This document shows positions 25,394 to 42,505 of a stretch of 64,000 nucleotides of DNA, piece after piece (the first letter of the stretch is position 1; each line of letters starts with the position of its first letter). The stretch is from Macrostomum lignano (taxonomy: Eukaryota), in NCBI GenBank assembly GCA_002269645.1, contig NIVC01000713.1:310001-374000 (forward strand), written 5' to 3'. The position numbers and the translations under genes are program-made. The notes beneath the pieces were generated by a model, which saw nothing but the letters and a program-made list of their open reading frames with translations, was not told the DNA's origin and searched no databases.

Positions 25394-26214
25394 AAGTCAG
25401 AACTGATGCAGACACATGTGGTCGACGTGCTGATGAAATTTGGAGGCTTGGCAAGGCCTCCAAATTTGATTGTCGCACAGGGGTGTACTGAATGCACTAG
25501 CGCTTATGGGAAAAACTCGACCTTCTGGCAGAATCGTCGAGTATCTCGACGGTCTGGAGGGCTGGCGACTTGATTCTTGTTTGAGAGGGTGCGAAAAAAA
25601 GTTAGCCCATGTTATTGAATGTCGTGTGTCGCATGCATTGGTCCGTTCTGGTGCAGCGAAAAATCTTTGTAAGACTTCTTGTTTTCGTAAACTTTTCGCT
25701 CAATTATAACGAATTTAAGATATAATTATTATCTCTAGATAGATTGTAGTTCTCTACAAAATAATAATGCGACATTTCGGTTGAATCAGATCAGGATAAA
25801 TACGAGTATTGTTAGTTGCGAAGTTCTGATATACGACCCAGTTTCAAGATGCACGCTAATCAGAGTCCCACATCTGTTGTTAAAAATTTTCTTTGCCAGG
25901 CGTCCTATTTGCACTTTTATTTTTTCCAGTCCATGAGGATCTAGAATTAGGGAAGCTAAAAAAGACACGAGACACGTGTTTTTTGCCATAGTTACAACCA
26001 AGGACTACCGAGTTCGGATCTGTTAAAAAGGGTGTGCATTGCATGCCCTCTACTTGTTTGGCTGGAATTAGAAAATTTACCAGGCATTGACAGTGTTACA
26101 GTAGAACACGCTAGCTCGTAACAGATTGGAGGCAAGAGTGCACTTGTCACCGAGAGACGAGAAAGTACAGAAGCGCAAAAATTCTCTGAGCACAAGTGAA
26201 CACCAGCAAGTCTT

Positions 26215-26925
26215 CTGAGGACAGGCAGACACGAAAAAACCCTCTGAGGACAGGGTGACAGACAGGCAGACACAAACAAACCCTCTGAGGACAGGGTGAC
26301 AGACAGGCAGACACCAACAAACCCTCTGAGGACAGGCAGACACCAACAAACCCTCTGAGGACAGGGTGACAGACAGGCAGACACCAACAAACCCTCTGAT
26401 GACAGGGTGACAGACAGGCAGACACCAACAAACCCTCTGAGGACAGGGTGACAGACAGGCAAACACCAACAAACCCTCTGAGGACAGGCAGACACCAACA
26501 AACCCTCTGAGGACAGGGTGACAGACAGGCAGACACCAACAAACCCTCTGAGGACAGGCAGACACCAACAAACCCTCTGAGGACAGGGTGACAGACAGGC
26601 AGACACCAACAAACCCTCTGAGGACAGGCAGACACCAACAAACCCTCTGAGGACAGGGTGACAGACAGGCAGACACCAACAAACCCTCTGAGGACAGGTG
26701 GACACCAACAAACCCTCTGAGGACAGGCGGACACCAACAAACCCTCTAAGGACAGGTGGACACCAACAAACCCTCTGAGGACAGGCGGACACCAACAAAC
26801 CCTCTAAGGACAGGTGGACACCAACAAACCCTCTGAGGACAGGCAGACACCAACAAACCCTCTGAGGACAGGCAGACACCAACAAACCCTCCAAGGACAG
26901 GTGGACACCAACAAACCCTCTGAGT
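26215..26925. repeat. Compound 29/41-bp minisatellite (ACAGGCAGACACCAACAAACCCTCTGAGG +/- ACAGGGTGACAG)
   Basis: Alternating unit lengths. Confidence 0.92.
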
Positions 26926-27516
26926 TCAGGCAGAAGCACAAATAAAAATAGAAAGCAAATCAATCAATGAGTTAAAAGTTTGTTTTATTCCTTGGTTTGC
27001 AAGCAAGAGTTTTGCTAGAATGAGAAATCGCATTGTTGGCAATATGCAAACAGAAGATCGTGTTAACATTATAATCGATGTGAGACGTTTGACGATAAAA
27101 TGTACCTGTTAATTATCAAACTGGCTGCGTTATTTTACAATGAAACTAATCTGTTAATTATGTAGTTTTAATAATTTGCTCATCAGATGGCGCTCGGTTA
27201 AACAAAGGAATGTGTATTGGGCATGCAAGTACAATTAAAAAAATTATAACACTCGACAATGGGCTGTTGTATACAAGTATGGCATATTGCTATGAATGCA
27301 ATAAAGACAAATCAATGAGAAATATTTATAATTTAGGAAATAATAACATTTTATAACTCTCTTAGTTTCCACATTTTATTGGTACAAGAAATACAAACAA
27401 AAATTTGACAACACATTTTGCGTGTAAAACTTTTGGCGCCAATAATAACTTCAAAATAAAATACGGTCGCGACGAACTGAACTCACTTTAGGGGCCGAAG
27501 TGATACCTTTGACGCC

Positions 27517-28745
27517 TTCTGAAGCTAGATTTTAGCGCCTCCTGAAGCTACAGTTTGGCGCCTTCTGAAGCTACAGTTTGGCGCCTGCTGAAGCTACAGT
27601 TTGGCGCCTCCTGAAGCTACAGTTTGGCGCCTGCTGAAGCTACAGTTTGGCGCCTGCTGAAGCTACAGTTTAGCGCCTCCTGAAGCTACAGTCTAGCGCG
27701 TCCTGAAGCTACAGTTTGGCGCCTGCTGAAGCTACAGTTTAGCGCCTCCTGAAGCTACAGTTTTGCGCCTCCTGAAGCTACAGTTTGGCGCCTCCTGAAG
27801 CTACAGTTTGGCGCCTCCTGAAGCTACAGTTTAGCGCCTCCTGAAGCTACAGTCTAGCGCGTCCTGAAGCTACAGTTTGGCGCCTGCTGAAGCTACAGTT
27901 TGGCGCCTACTGAAGCTACAGTTTGGCGCCTGCTGAAGCTACAGTTTGGCGCCTGCTGAAGCTACAGTTTAGCGCCTCCTGAAGCTAAAATTTGGCGCCT
28001 CCTGAAGTTATAGTTTGGCGCCTCCTGAAGCTATAGTTTAGCGCATGTTGAATCTACAGTTTGGCGCCTCCTGAAGCTACAGTTTAGCGCCTCCTGAAGC
28101 TACAGTTTGGCGCCTCCTGAAGCTACAGTTTGGCGCCTCCTGAAGCTACAGTTTGGCGCCTCCTGAAGCTACAGTTTGGCGCCTCCTAAAGCTACAGTTT
28201 AGCGCCTCCTAAAGCTACAGTTTAGCGCGTCCTGAAGCTACAGTTTAGCGCCTCCTGAAGCTACAGTCTAGCGCCTCCTGAAGCTACAGTTTAGCGCCTC
28301 CTGAAGCTAAAATTTGGCGCCTCCTGAAGTTATAGTTTGGCGCCTGCTGAAGCTACAGTTTGGCCCCTCCTGAAGCTACAGTTTGGCGCCTCCTGAAGCT
28401 ACAGTTTGGCGCCTTCTGAAGCTAAAATTTGGCGCCTCCTGAAGCTATAGTTTAGCGCCTGCTGAATCTACAGTTTAGCGCCTCCTGAAGCTACAGTTTG
28501 GCGCCTCCTGAAGCTACAGTTTGGCACCTGCTGAAGCTACAGTTTGGCGCCTCCTGAAGCTACAGTTTGGCGCCTCCTGAAGCTACAGTTTGGCACCTGC
28601 TGAAGCTACAGTTTGGCGCCTCCTGAAGCTACAGTTTGGCGCCTCCTAAAGCTACAGTTTAGCGCCTCCTGAAGCTACAGTTTAGCGCCTCCTGAAGCTA
28701 CAGTTTGGCGCCTCCTGAAGCTACATTTTAGCGCCTGCTAAAGCC
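27517..28745. repeat. 23-bp minisatellite (CTGAAGCTACAGTTTGGCGCCTC)
   Basis: About 53 units. Confidence 0.96.
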
Positions 28746-28863
28746 TTAGTTCAATCTTTGCAAAAAAAGATCATTTCGGCGTCCATTGAAGCTCATTCTA
28801 TTGACCTGACTAGGTGCAAAAATCGCTATTAAATAAAGAAGTCTAAGAAAAGTCAGTTTTTAC

Positions 28864-29179
28864 CAAAACGCTCAGCGTCGCACTGCAGCGCCAAACGTTT
28901 GGCAGCCAGAAATCTTTGCTGACTCATTTCGTCGAACGGCGCTTGCCGGTTTGGCAGCCTGGGGACCCACCTGGTCTGCTGGGTGAGCTGGGCGATCAGG
29001 GCGGCCGAGCTGTCCGAGCCGGAAGTGGAGGATGGTTTGGCCGGAAGCGGCTGCAGAGATGATGGCGGACTCACCGCCGATGTCTCCAAAGCTCCGCTGC
29101 TGGTGTCCTCGATTCCGGAGTCCTCGCACACCTGCTGGCGGCGGTGCCGATCTCGTACGACTGGCTGGGACGCCTGAAG
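28864..29179 (-). CDS. Unrecognised gene, exon 2
   Basis: Acceptor TCCCGCAG|CTT (phase 0, matches exon 1), 105 codons, phase-1 donor GTAAAA. GC-rich island between repeats. Confidence 0.58.
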
Positions 29180-29685
29180 CTGCGGGATTTTTTTGGCAGA
29201 TTTGATGGTCGGTTTAAGATGTCTAATCTCTAGTTCTAATCTCTCTTGAAGATCTCTCTGTCTCACTATTTACAATCTTTGCTTGATCACAAATATTCTT
29301 ACATAATCCTAGCTAATCTCACCTAAATTATATCTAATCTCACAAAAAATTCCATCTAAACTCACCAAACTCGCATCTAATCTAACAAAATACCATTTAA
29401 TATCACGCAGTCCCGTCTAATATCAGCTAAATCTCATCTAATCTCACAAAAGTTACATCTGCTCAAATAGCACCCCATCCAAACTCATAGATCTTCATCT
29501 AATTTCAAAAAATCAAATCTCATCTTATCTAGTGCTATTTAATCTCACCCAATGCCATCCAATCTCACCCAATGCTGCATCCAATCTCACCCAATGCCAT
29601 CCAATCTCAACAAATACTCTCCAATCTCACATACTGCCATTTTTTTTCCATCTCCCGCTGAGGTCAATCAGAATAGCCGCCTCAC

Positions 29686-30033
29686 CTGATCATAGCAACC
29701 GGAGTCCTCCTTCGCTTCGGCGCGGTTTCCCCGCCGGAAGCCGACCGGAACCAGAACCGGCTGCGGCAGCGGCGAAGTGTCGGTCGTCTTCAGCCGGCGG
29801 TGCCGCTGCTCCGCCGCCAGAGGCAGCAGCCCGCGGCACTTGGGGCATCGTTCCCGCCGTCTCCGGCATCTGGTTGAAGACGAACCTTTGTTGTCGTCGC
29901 TGCCTTTGCTGCTACCACTGCTGGGTTGCTGACTGGGGTCCGGTAGATGCGGGCCATGAGTTTCCTCAGAGTCAGCTGAGCCATTGTTGCCGCGCAGTGA
30001 CAAGCAGGCGCTGAACAGCTTTCGATAGCTCAT
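29686..30033 (-). CDS. Unrecognised gene, exon 1 (low-complexity S/R/P-rich protein)
   Basis: ATG at 30033, 116 codons in GC-rich sequence, strong phase-0 donor CAG|GTGAGG. Confidence 0.58.
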
Positions 30034-30399
30034 GCTTGCTTTGTTAGTCCCGGTTGGTCTTGTGTCAGCGACAGGCAGGGAAGCAGGGAGTTGCTGGTGG
30101 GTGGTGGCCTCTGCTGTGCTCTGCTAATATAGACTGGAGGAGGCCAGTAGCTTTGATCAACTTTCAGCCAATGAGCGCCCGGCCCGCCTGCCATATGCAT
30201 GTGTTATTGCAGTAAGGATTGCCTTTTGAATATCAAACAGTTGCCACGTGGCCTGCGAGCTGCCTGTCTGCATGCAGGCTTGACTTTCAAATGCTCCGAG
30301 CAGACTGGAGAAGGGAAGAGAGGAGAAACAGGAGAGGTGGACAGACAGATATACAGACAGGCAAATAATAGCACTGAAACAGACATCAAATAGACAATG

Positions 30400-31012
<613 letters not shown>

Positions 31013-31469
31013 GTCCCAGAGCCAGCAGCATATCCAAATGCAAATGTCGGCATAGACAGCATATTTGAAGCAATTTATTAAACGGTGCAGCAGTGAAACA
31101 GCATTTAGCAAGCATGGCTGGCACGCAGGGCTCGTGGCATTTCGCTGGTCGATACCGCAGCCTACACTCTAGCGGAGACGAAGCGACTGGCTTTAAGAGC
31201 ATTTTTAGTGACAAAGATCGCGTCCAGATGATAAGCTTCTGACTGTCGAGCCATTTCAATATTTACCACAATATTATCTGCTAGCTAAAGTTAAGTCTGC
31301 ACCCTACACTGTAGAATAAGCATAAGTAAAAAAGCAAAATTATTATCAAGCTGGTACCAATTTGTATCAGAAGGCTGACCTAGCAAGTGCGGCCAACTTA
31401 AACCTGCCACTTCGGATGCGAAATATAGACTAGTAACAAATGAAGCAATCCTAGCCTGTAGTGACGTGT

Positions 31470-32404
31470 AGTCTGTGGACTGTAGTTTGTTGTTTGTAGA
31501 CTGTAGTCTGTAGTTTTTAGTCTGTAAATTTTCTACTATAGTCTGTAATCTATAAACTGTAAATTATAGTCTGTAAACTGTAGACTGTTATCTGTAAACC
31601 ATAGACCACAGTCTGTAAACTGTAGACTGTTATCTGTAAGCCATAGACTACAGTCTGTAAACTGTAGACTGTTATCTGTAAGCCATAGACCACAGTCTGT
31701 AAACTGTAGACTGTTATCTGTAAGCCATAGACCACAGTCTGTAAACTGTAGACTGTTATCTGTAAGCCATAGACTACAGTCTGTAAACTGTAGACTGTTA
31801 TCTGTAAGCCATAGACTACAGTCTGTAAACTGTAGACTGTTATCTGTAAGCCATAGACTACAGTCTGTAAACTGTAGACTGTTATCTGTAAGCCATAGAC
31901 CACAGTCTGTAAACTGTAGACTGTTATCTGTAAGCCATAGACCACAGTCTGTAAACTGTAGACTGTTATCTGTAAGCCATAGACTACAGTCTGTAAACTG
32001 TAGACTGTTATCTGTAAGCCATAGACTACAGTCTGTAAACTGTAGACTGTTATCTGTAAGCCATAGACTACAGTCTGTAAACTGTAGACTGTTATCTGTA
32101 AGCCATAGACCACAGTCTGTAAACTGTAGACTGTTATCTGTAAGCCATAGACCACAGTCTGTAAACTGTAGACTGTTATCTGTAAGCCATAGACTACAGT
32201 CTGTAAACTGTAGACTGTTATCTGTAAACCATAGACTACAGTCTGTAAACCATAGACTACAGTCTGTACACTGTAGACTGTTATCTGTAAACCATAGACT
32301 ACAGTCTGTACACTGTAGACTGTTATCTGTAAGCCATAGACTACAGTCTGTACACTGTAGACTGTTATCTGTAAACCATAGACTACAGTCTGTAAACTGT
32401 AGAC
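31470..32404. repeat. 42-bp minisatellite (GTCTGTAAACTGTAGACTGTTATCTGTAAGCCATAGACTACA)
   Basis: Tandem, highly homogeneous units. Confidence 0.96.
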
Positions 32405-33120
32405 AGTTGTCTGGATTTAAACGTGACTACTGAACGACTTTAACTGCCTAAGAAGCATTGATAGATATTTAGTGCAACTTTTGAAATATACAGAAAACTT
32501 TGAAAAATTAAACAAGAACACAATGACCGCAGCAGGGAAACAGTTTCTGAACATGCCCTTCCAAATATCCTTCACGGCCTCTTCTCTCCCCCAGCAGTGC
32601 TGTGTTTTGAGCAAATGTGCAAACAACTGATCGCCATGCAAAAGCGTGGACAATCCACCAACAGTCTGGCATAGAAACAATTTTATCAACTCTATCCATG
32701 CATATCCATAAAGCTTGAGCATTGGTGGGCCACTCGTGACAACCCCCATTCAGACCCTCTCTGCAGTGCTTATGCAGTCTGTAGTGTCTAGACAGACCAG
32801 GCAGGCAGAGAGGGAGCGGAGGAGCGGAGAGCCAGAACAGAATTGAGTCATATTTGGCAGCGAATTTTGCTGAGCAGTGCCTTGTATGCTGCTGAGTTGG
32901 TCCGCAGCAATATTTCACAGTGTCCAAGCTCAGAAAGACTGAGAGCGCAGGGGCTGGGGGGTCTCCGCGCAAAAACAGCATAGTTCTAACGGCCGCTAAA
33001 AAGTGCAATGTCTCAGTAAGAGAGACTCTTAATTGAGAGAAACTGGACTTTCTGCAAAAATGCTGCTTTTGTTGGCTTAAGTCTGCACTGGCGCAGCATT
33101 TGCCATTGGCAGGCGTGCAA

Positions 33121-33122
33121 GC

Positions 33123-33195
<73 letters not shown>

Positions 33196-33205
33196 GGCAA
33201 ACAGG

Positions 33206-33237
<32 letters not shown>

Positions 33238-33238
33238 C

Positions 33239-33285
<47 letters not shown>

Positions 33286-33286
33286 C

Positions 33287-33375
<89 letters not shown>

Positions 33376-33376
33376 T

Positions 33377-33421
<45 letters not shown>
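33121..33421. repeat. (GACA)n microsatellite
   Basis: Direct inspection. Confidence 0.97.
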
Positions 33422-33422
<1 letters not shown>

Positions 33423-33821
33423 GGTCTCAAAGCCAGCATATTTGAACTCATTTGCACTCGTCAGCCCAGCTCCTCACGCTCCGCCAAACCAGGCTGTCCA
33501 AGGCCACTGACAATCGAGCGATTCAGGCTAAGAGTAAAATGCTTGTCATAAAAGTGCTGTGCCCTTGTTCAGTGCTGCAAACAACACTTCTTCAAAGAAG
33601 CTCGACTTCGGCATTTATAGAAATATTTGCATACTGCATTGTAGCAGTTTTATTGGCACAGCTCTGTAAAATTTGAAGCGTGTTGGTCTCTCTACCTTGA
33701 CTTCTGCTTTTGTCTCGCCTAGCGAAAATCGTGAACTTGCAGAAATGACACATTTAGCTATCCTTGTAAATGTACTTTTTCATTTGAAAGCTTGAATGTA
33801 ATATCTGCTCTCTTCCCTCTC

Positions 33822-35165
33822 TAACAGCCACTCCCTACCCTCTCTAACATTCACTCTCTATTCTCTCTAACACCTATTCTCTATCCTCTGTAACACATAC
33901 TCCCTATCCTCTGTAACACCCACTCTTTACCCTCTCTAACACTCACTCTTTACCCTCTCTAACACCCACTCTCTATCCTTCCTGACACCCACTCTCTACC
34001 CTATCTAACACCCACTCTCTACCCCCTCAAACACCCACTCTCTACCCTCTCTAACACCCACTCTCTACCCTCTCTAACACCCACTCTCTACCCTCTCTAA
34101 CACCCACTCTCTACCCTATCTAACACCCACTCTCTACCCTCTCTAAGACCCACTCTCTACCCTCTATAACACCTACTCTCTACCCTATCTAACACCCACT
34201 CTCTACCCTCTCTAAAATCCACTCTTTACCCTCTCTAACACCCACTCTCTACCCTCTCTAACATCCACTCTCTACACTCCCTGACACCCACTCTCTACCC
34301 TCTCTAACACCCACTCTCTACCCCCTCAAACACCCACTCTCTACCCCCTCAAACACCCACTTTCTACCCCCTCAAACACCCACTCTCTACCCCCTCAAAC
34401 ACCCACTTTCTACCCTCTCTAACACCCACTCTCTACCCTCTCTAACATCCACTCTCTACCCTCCCTGACACCCACTCTCTACCCTATCTAACACCCACTC
34501 TCTACCCTCTCTAACACCCACTCTCTACCCTATCTAACACCCACTCTCTACCCTCTCTAAGACCCACTCTCTACCCTCTCTAAGACCCACTCTCTACCCT
34601 CCCTGACACCCACTCTCTACCCTATCTAACACCCACTCTTTACCCTCTCTAACACCCACTCTCTACCCTCTCTAACATCCACTCTCTACCCTCTCTGACA
34701 CCCACTCTCTACCCTATCTAACACCCACTCTCTACCCTCTCTAACACCCACTCTCTACCCTATCTAACACCCACTCTCTACCCTCTCTAAGACCCACTCT
34801 CTACCCTCTCTAACACCCACTCTCTACCCTATCTAACACCCACTCTCTACCCTCTCTAACACCCACTCTCTACCCTCTCTAACACCCACTCTCTACCCTC
34901 TCTAACACCCACTCTCTACCCTCTCTAACACCCACTCTACCCTATCTAACACCCACTCTCTACCCTCTCTAACACCCACTCTCTACCCTATCTAACACCC
35001 ACTCTCTACCCTATCTAACACCCACTCTCTACCCTATCTAACACCCACTCTCTACCCTCTCTAACACCCACTCTCTACCCTCTCTAACACCCACTCTCTA
35101 CCCTATCTAACACCCACTCTCTACCCTCTCTAACACCCACTCTCTACCCTCTCTAAGACCCACTC
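33822..35165. repeat. 23-bp minisatellite (ACACCCACTCTCTACCCTCTCTA)
   Basis: Tandem units. Confidence 0.96.
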
Positions 35166-35630
35166 TTCTCTCGAACTTTAACAACCACTATCTACAGCCT
35201 CAACATTTCTGCTAAGCTTCGCACTAAGCCTCGCTTTTCTGCAGCTATTTATTCGGACAAATTGCAGTTCGCATCAGACGCGGCATCGCAGCTGCGCGCA
35301 GTGAAAAAAATTTGTTTTGGTGCAAGCGAACCAATTTAGTCTCAATTTCAGGCTCTGCAGACGTCCAGCGTTTATAATCGCCCCTTCATGCGCGCACAAA
35401 GCTGACGCCAGCAGATCCCATATCTGCCCACTGCCTCTCTCTCCGGGCCAGACGAAAAAATAAGATAAGCAGTGCTAATGCACTTTTATTGCTTGTTTAA
35501 GCCGGCTGGAGACAGCTAAACAGACTGTCTGAAGTTTGAAATCGTCTGCAACAGACAGTTTGCCTTGCTTCTACTGCTGACAGAAACTCAAGCAACAATT
35601 TGCTAGTGTGGCTGTGCTGGGCGGTCCTGA

Positions 35631-36308
<678 letters not shown>

Positions 36309-36659
36309 TGAAAGGCTCGTGGTCGTGTTTTATTTTGGCTTAAAAAGCCATCTCGCTTTGAAGCGGACATCTTGTGGGAGCCGCCATTGACTGGCAGCTA
36401 AGTGCAAAGAGATTTCGATCAAGCCTCCCTCGACACGAGGCGCAGACTCGCCAGAAAAGGTATCGTCTGATAGCTTATCGAGTTACCCCATCCGCTGGAT
36501 TATCAAAATAATTTTCTGTCTGGTTGCTACAAGAAAATTGCCCTGGAAAAAAATTGTTTAGGCTGACGAGGATTTAGGAGGATTAGCATTGGGCGTTGCC
36601 TTCATCAATTTTTCGTCCGATGAGCTTTTTAGGCAAATCTCTGTGTACGGAAATTCCTC

Positions 36660-37795
36660 TCACCCTCTCTCTACCTGCCTCTCTCTCTACCTGACTCTCT
36701 CTACCTGACTCTCTCTCTCTACCTGTCTCTCTCTACCTGACTCTCTCTACCTGACTCTCTCTCTCTACCTGTCTCTCTCTACCTGACTCTCTCTCTACCT
36801 GACTCTCTCTACCTGACTCTCTCTCTCTACCTGTCTCTCTCTACCTGACTCTCTCTCTACCTGTCTCTCTCTACCTGACTCTCTCTACCTGTCTCTCTCT
36901 ACCTGACTCTCTCTCTCTACCTGTCTCTCTCTATCTGACTCTCTCTACCTGACACTCTCTCTCTACCTGTCTCTCTCTACCTGACTCTCTCTCTACCTGT
37001 CACTCTCTACCTGACTCTCTCTACCTGACTCTCTCTCTACCTGTCTCTCCCTATCTGACTCTTTCTCTCTACCTGACTCTCTCTACCTGACTCTCTCTAC
37101 CTGACTCTCTCTCTACCTGACTCTCTCTACCTGACTCTCTCTCTACCTGTCTCTCCCTATCTGACTCTTTCTCTCTACCTGACTCTCTCTACCTGTCACT
37201 CTCTACCTGACTCTCTCTACCTGACTCTCTCTCTACCTGTCTCTCCCTATCTGACTCTCTCTCTCTACCTGACTCTCTCTACCTGTCTCTCTCTACCTGA
37301 CTCTCTCTCTACCTGACTCTCTCTACCTGACTCTCTCTCTACCTGATTCTCTCTACCTGACTCTCTCTCTACCTGTCTCTCTCTACCTGACTCTCTCTCT
37401 ACCTGTCACTCTCTACCTGACTCTCTCTACCTGACTCTCTCTCTACCTGACTCTCTCTCTACCTGACTCTCTCTCTACCTGACTCTCTCTCTACCTGACT
37501 CTCTCTACCTGACTCTCTCTCTACCTGACTCTCTCTACCTGACTCTCTCTCTACCTGACTCTCTCTACCTGACTCTCTCTCTCTACCTGTCTCTCTTTAC
37601 CTGACTCTCTCTATCTGAATCTCTCTCTCTCTACCTGTCTCTCTCTACCTGACTCTCTCTCTACCTGTCTCTCTCTATCTGACTCTCTATTTGACTCTCT
37701 CTCTATCTATCTGACTCTCTCTCTCTATCTATCTGACTCTCTCTCTCTTTCTATCTGACTCTCTATTTGACTCTCTCTCTCTCTCTATTTGACTC
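36660..37795. repeat. 14-18-bp CT-rich minisatellite (CTGACTCTCTCTAC)
   Basis: Tandem units with variable CT number. Confidence 0.95.
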
Positions 37796-38574
37796 TCTGC
37801 CAGCATTTACTGTATTCGCGAAACGCATAAATTACGCCGTAAAAGTGCGCAGTTGATTCCCATCTTTTGCTTTGACACTAGAAATTGAAAATCTGATGTC
37901 ATGCGCATACACTGGGGCTTTAGTTGAGGCCGCTATGGAGAAGGACTCGCTGCGGGGCCGGAAGTGCCTCTTCATGCAGCCGAGTTCGGCTCAGCACGGG
38001 ACTGCCCTGTTTCTCTTCCCATGCTTGCCTCCTCTCTCCATAAGCCATAAGCCGGCTGCGGGGGTCCCAGACGTACTTTTACGGGTACGTCAGCCCTGAC
38101 AAATCCTGACACCCCAGACAGCAGCAGACTGCAGTCAGAATTTTTTCTTGGATAATAGCACCTGAAAGAGACGAGGAAGAAACACTGATGAAGAAATGTC
38201 TGATTCCAGATGTCTGTCTGCAGAGGTTGGGAGGTTCTGAAAAATATTGAACTGCGAAAGCAGAAGGCAGACCCAGACTCTGCTTTGCACCTGAGCCTAA
38301 CCGTTAATTGCAGCTTTTAGCCAACCTGTTTCTGTCTGCCTACGAGCGTACAAAGTATGTCAACAGGGAATCTATTTTGGATAAGCCGTGAGATGAGTCT
38401 GTTTTGACTGGCTGCTCCACTGTTGACTTCATTTTTGAGCAGTTCGCGATGTCTGGCTGTGTTTAAGCAACAATGCACTTTTCTGGCTCTTTCAATGCAG
38501 TGCAGAGTGAGCCCCATTAAAAACACGCCAACTCTATGACTCCGCAATGAACTCCGTTACGTTAGCATGACGGT

Positions 38575-39740
38575 TTTAGATCGACCCCTATGACCGGTTT
38601 TAGATCGGCCTTTATGACCTGTTTTAAATCCGCCTTTATGACCTGTTTTAGATCGGCCTCAATGACCGGTTTTAGATCGGCCTTTATGACCTGTTTTAGA
38701 TCAGCCTCTATGACCGGTTTTAGATCGGCCTTTATGACCTGTTTTAGATCAGCCTCTATGACCGGTTTTAGATCGGCCTTTATGACCTGTTTTAGATCGG
38801 CCTCTATGACCGGTTTTAGATCGGCCTCTATGACCGGTTTTAGATCGGCCTCTATGACCAGCTTTAGATCGGCCTTTATGACCGGTTTTAGATCGGCCTT
38901 TATGACCGGTTTTAGATCGGCCTCTATGACCGGTTTTAGATCGGCCTTTATGACCGGTTTTAGATCGGCCTCTATGACCGGTTTTAGATCGGCCTCTATG
39001 ACCGGTTTTAGATCGGCCTTTATGACCGGTTTTAGATCGGCCTTTATGACCGGTTTTAGATCGGCCTTTATGACCGGTTTTAGATCGGCCTTTATGACCG
39101 GTTTTAGATCGGCCTTTATGACCGGTTTTAGATCGGCCTCTATGACCGGTTTTAGATCGGCCTCTATGACCGGTTTTAGATCGGCCTCTATGACCAGCTT
39201 TAGATCGGCCTTTATGACCGGTTTTAGATCGGCCTTTATGACCTGTTTTAGATCGGCCTCTATGACCTGTTTTAGATCGGCCTCTATGACCGGTTTTAGA
39301 TCGGCCTCTATGACCGGTTTTAGGTCGGCCTTTATGACCGGTTTTAGATCGGCCTTTATGACCGGTTTTAGATCGGCCTCTATGACCGGTTTTAGATCGG
39401 CCTCTATGACCGGTTTTAGATCGGCCTCTATGACCAGCTTTAGATCGGCCTTTATGACCGGTTTTAGATCGGCCTTTATGACCTGTTTTAGATCGGCCTC
39501 TATGACCTGTTTTAGATCGGCCTCTATGACCGGTTTTAGATCGGCCTCTATGACCGGTTTTAGGTCGGCCTTTATGACCGGTTTTAGATCGGCCTCTATG
39601 ACCTGTTTTAGATCGGCCTCTATGACCGGTTTTAGATCGGCCTTTATGACCGGCTTAGATCGGCCTTTATGACCGGCTTTTTATCAACCGCTATGGCGGG
39701 TTTTAGATGGATCTCCTTGACCGGTTTTAGATGGATCTCT
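38575..39740. repeat. 24-bp minisatellite (ATGACCGGTTTTAGATCGGCCTTT)
   Basis: Tandem units. Confidence 0.96.
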
Positions 39741-40257
39741 ATGACCTACAACCTGGTGTGGATGATCTGCAGACAGCAGTGCTTGTCATGGTCATTAGTG
39801 GGTCATAAATCTAAATCAATGTACTTTTAAACAGAGGGAGGCAGTGTAGAGGAGGCTGGGTCGTATGACTCTTGACACTGACAGATTCGTGTGTTGGAGT
39901 TCGAAATATGCAGCTACGGTGATAACTAAATAATTTACAATTTGTAATATTCACAGTAAAGTGCAGACTCCACACTATCGTGCTGCATGCAGCCCAGTCC
40001 CCATTGCATTCCTTAGCTTAATAAAGCATTTATTATAAAGCTAGTCATGGGAGCACGGAAACTTCCACTTGACATGCTTGCCATTAATCTTATCGGTTCA
40101 GTCAGCTCCTGTGCGAGTAGGCCCTCGAAACAGTAAATCTAGTGAAGAAATTCGCAGAATACCAGTTAGGATTGATACTGACCATGGTTTAGAGTGCGTT
40201 TATGGCTCTAACTAAAGTGCAATAGTGGTTTAGAAAGTGCATTTTGTAATACATGAA

Positions 40258-41849
<1,592 letters not shown>

Positions 41850-42505
41850 TAACTTTCTTACTTTAAGCTAAAAATCCATCATACTACTGACGCGGTTATC
41901 TACCAGTAGCAACTACGGCATTAAATTCTATAGTAAACTTCAATTAATAACTTTTATGATGTATTTACAACAATTCCGAGCCACTTAACAGCGCATTGAG
42001 TTGGCTTCTGTTTCTTTTTAACATTGAAGGACCGCACACACTTTTATTAACAGACTGCAACAGGCAGAGTGGCTACAGGCAGGTAAGACAGACTCGAAAG
42101 GTAAAAGAAAGAGCACCTGTCGCCATGGTGCCTCGCTCTGCCTCTCCTTCTCCGTTTCAAAATCTTTCTCACAAGTATAGAGCATCAGTTTTACTCTTGC
42201 TCGGATAGAGAGGCAGTCCAGTGTGTACGCAGCATCACTAAGCACAATTGTACACAGACAAGGCCAGCACAGGCTTATAAAATAATGTCTCTATAGTGCT
42301 TCATCTCAAAAACACTGGTCTTCACTCCGTTCTCAGGTGCTTTTTTTCTTCTTGCTCTGCACAAAAGCCCGTTACCGCTATTCGGGCGGTATTATAAGTT
42401 TCGAGCTGTTTCTGTGCTGCATACAGCTTATTAGCAGAGCTAATAATATCGTGTTGCAATCAGAGCTGCACTCAATAGAAGTTTGCACTGCTTTGGTAGG
42501 GAGCC

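Noticed and set aside
38590-39672. (MTGFRSAF)n 360-aa ORF
   Set aside because: A 24-bp tandem repeat with no unique coding flanks.
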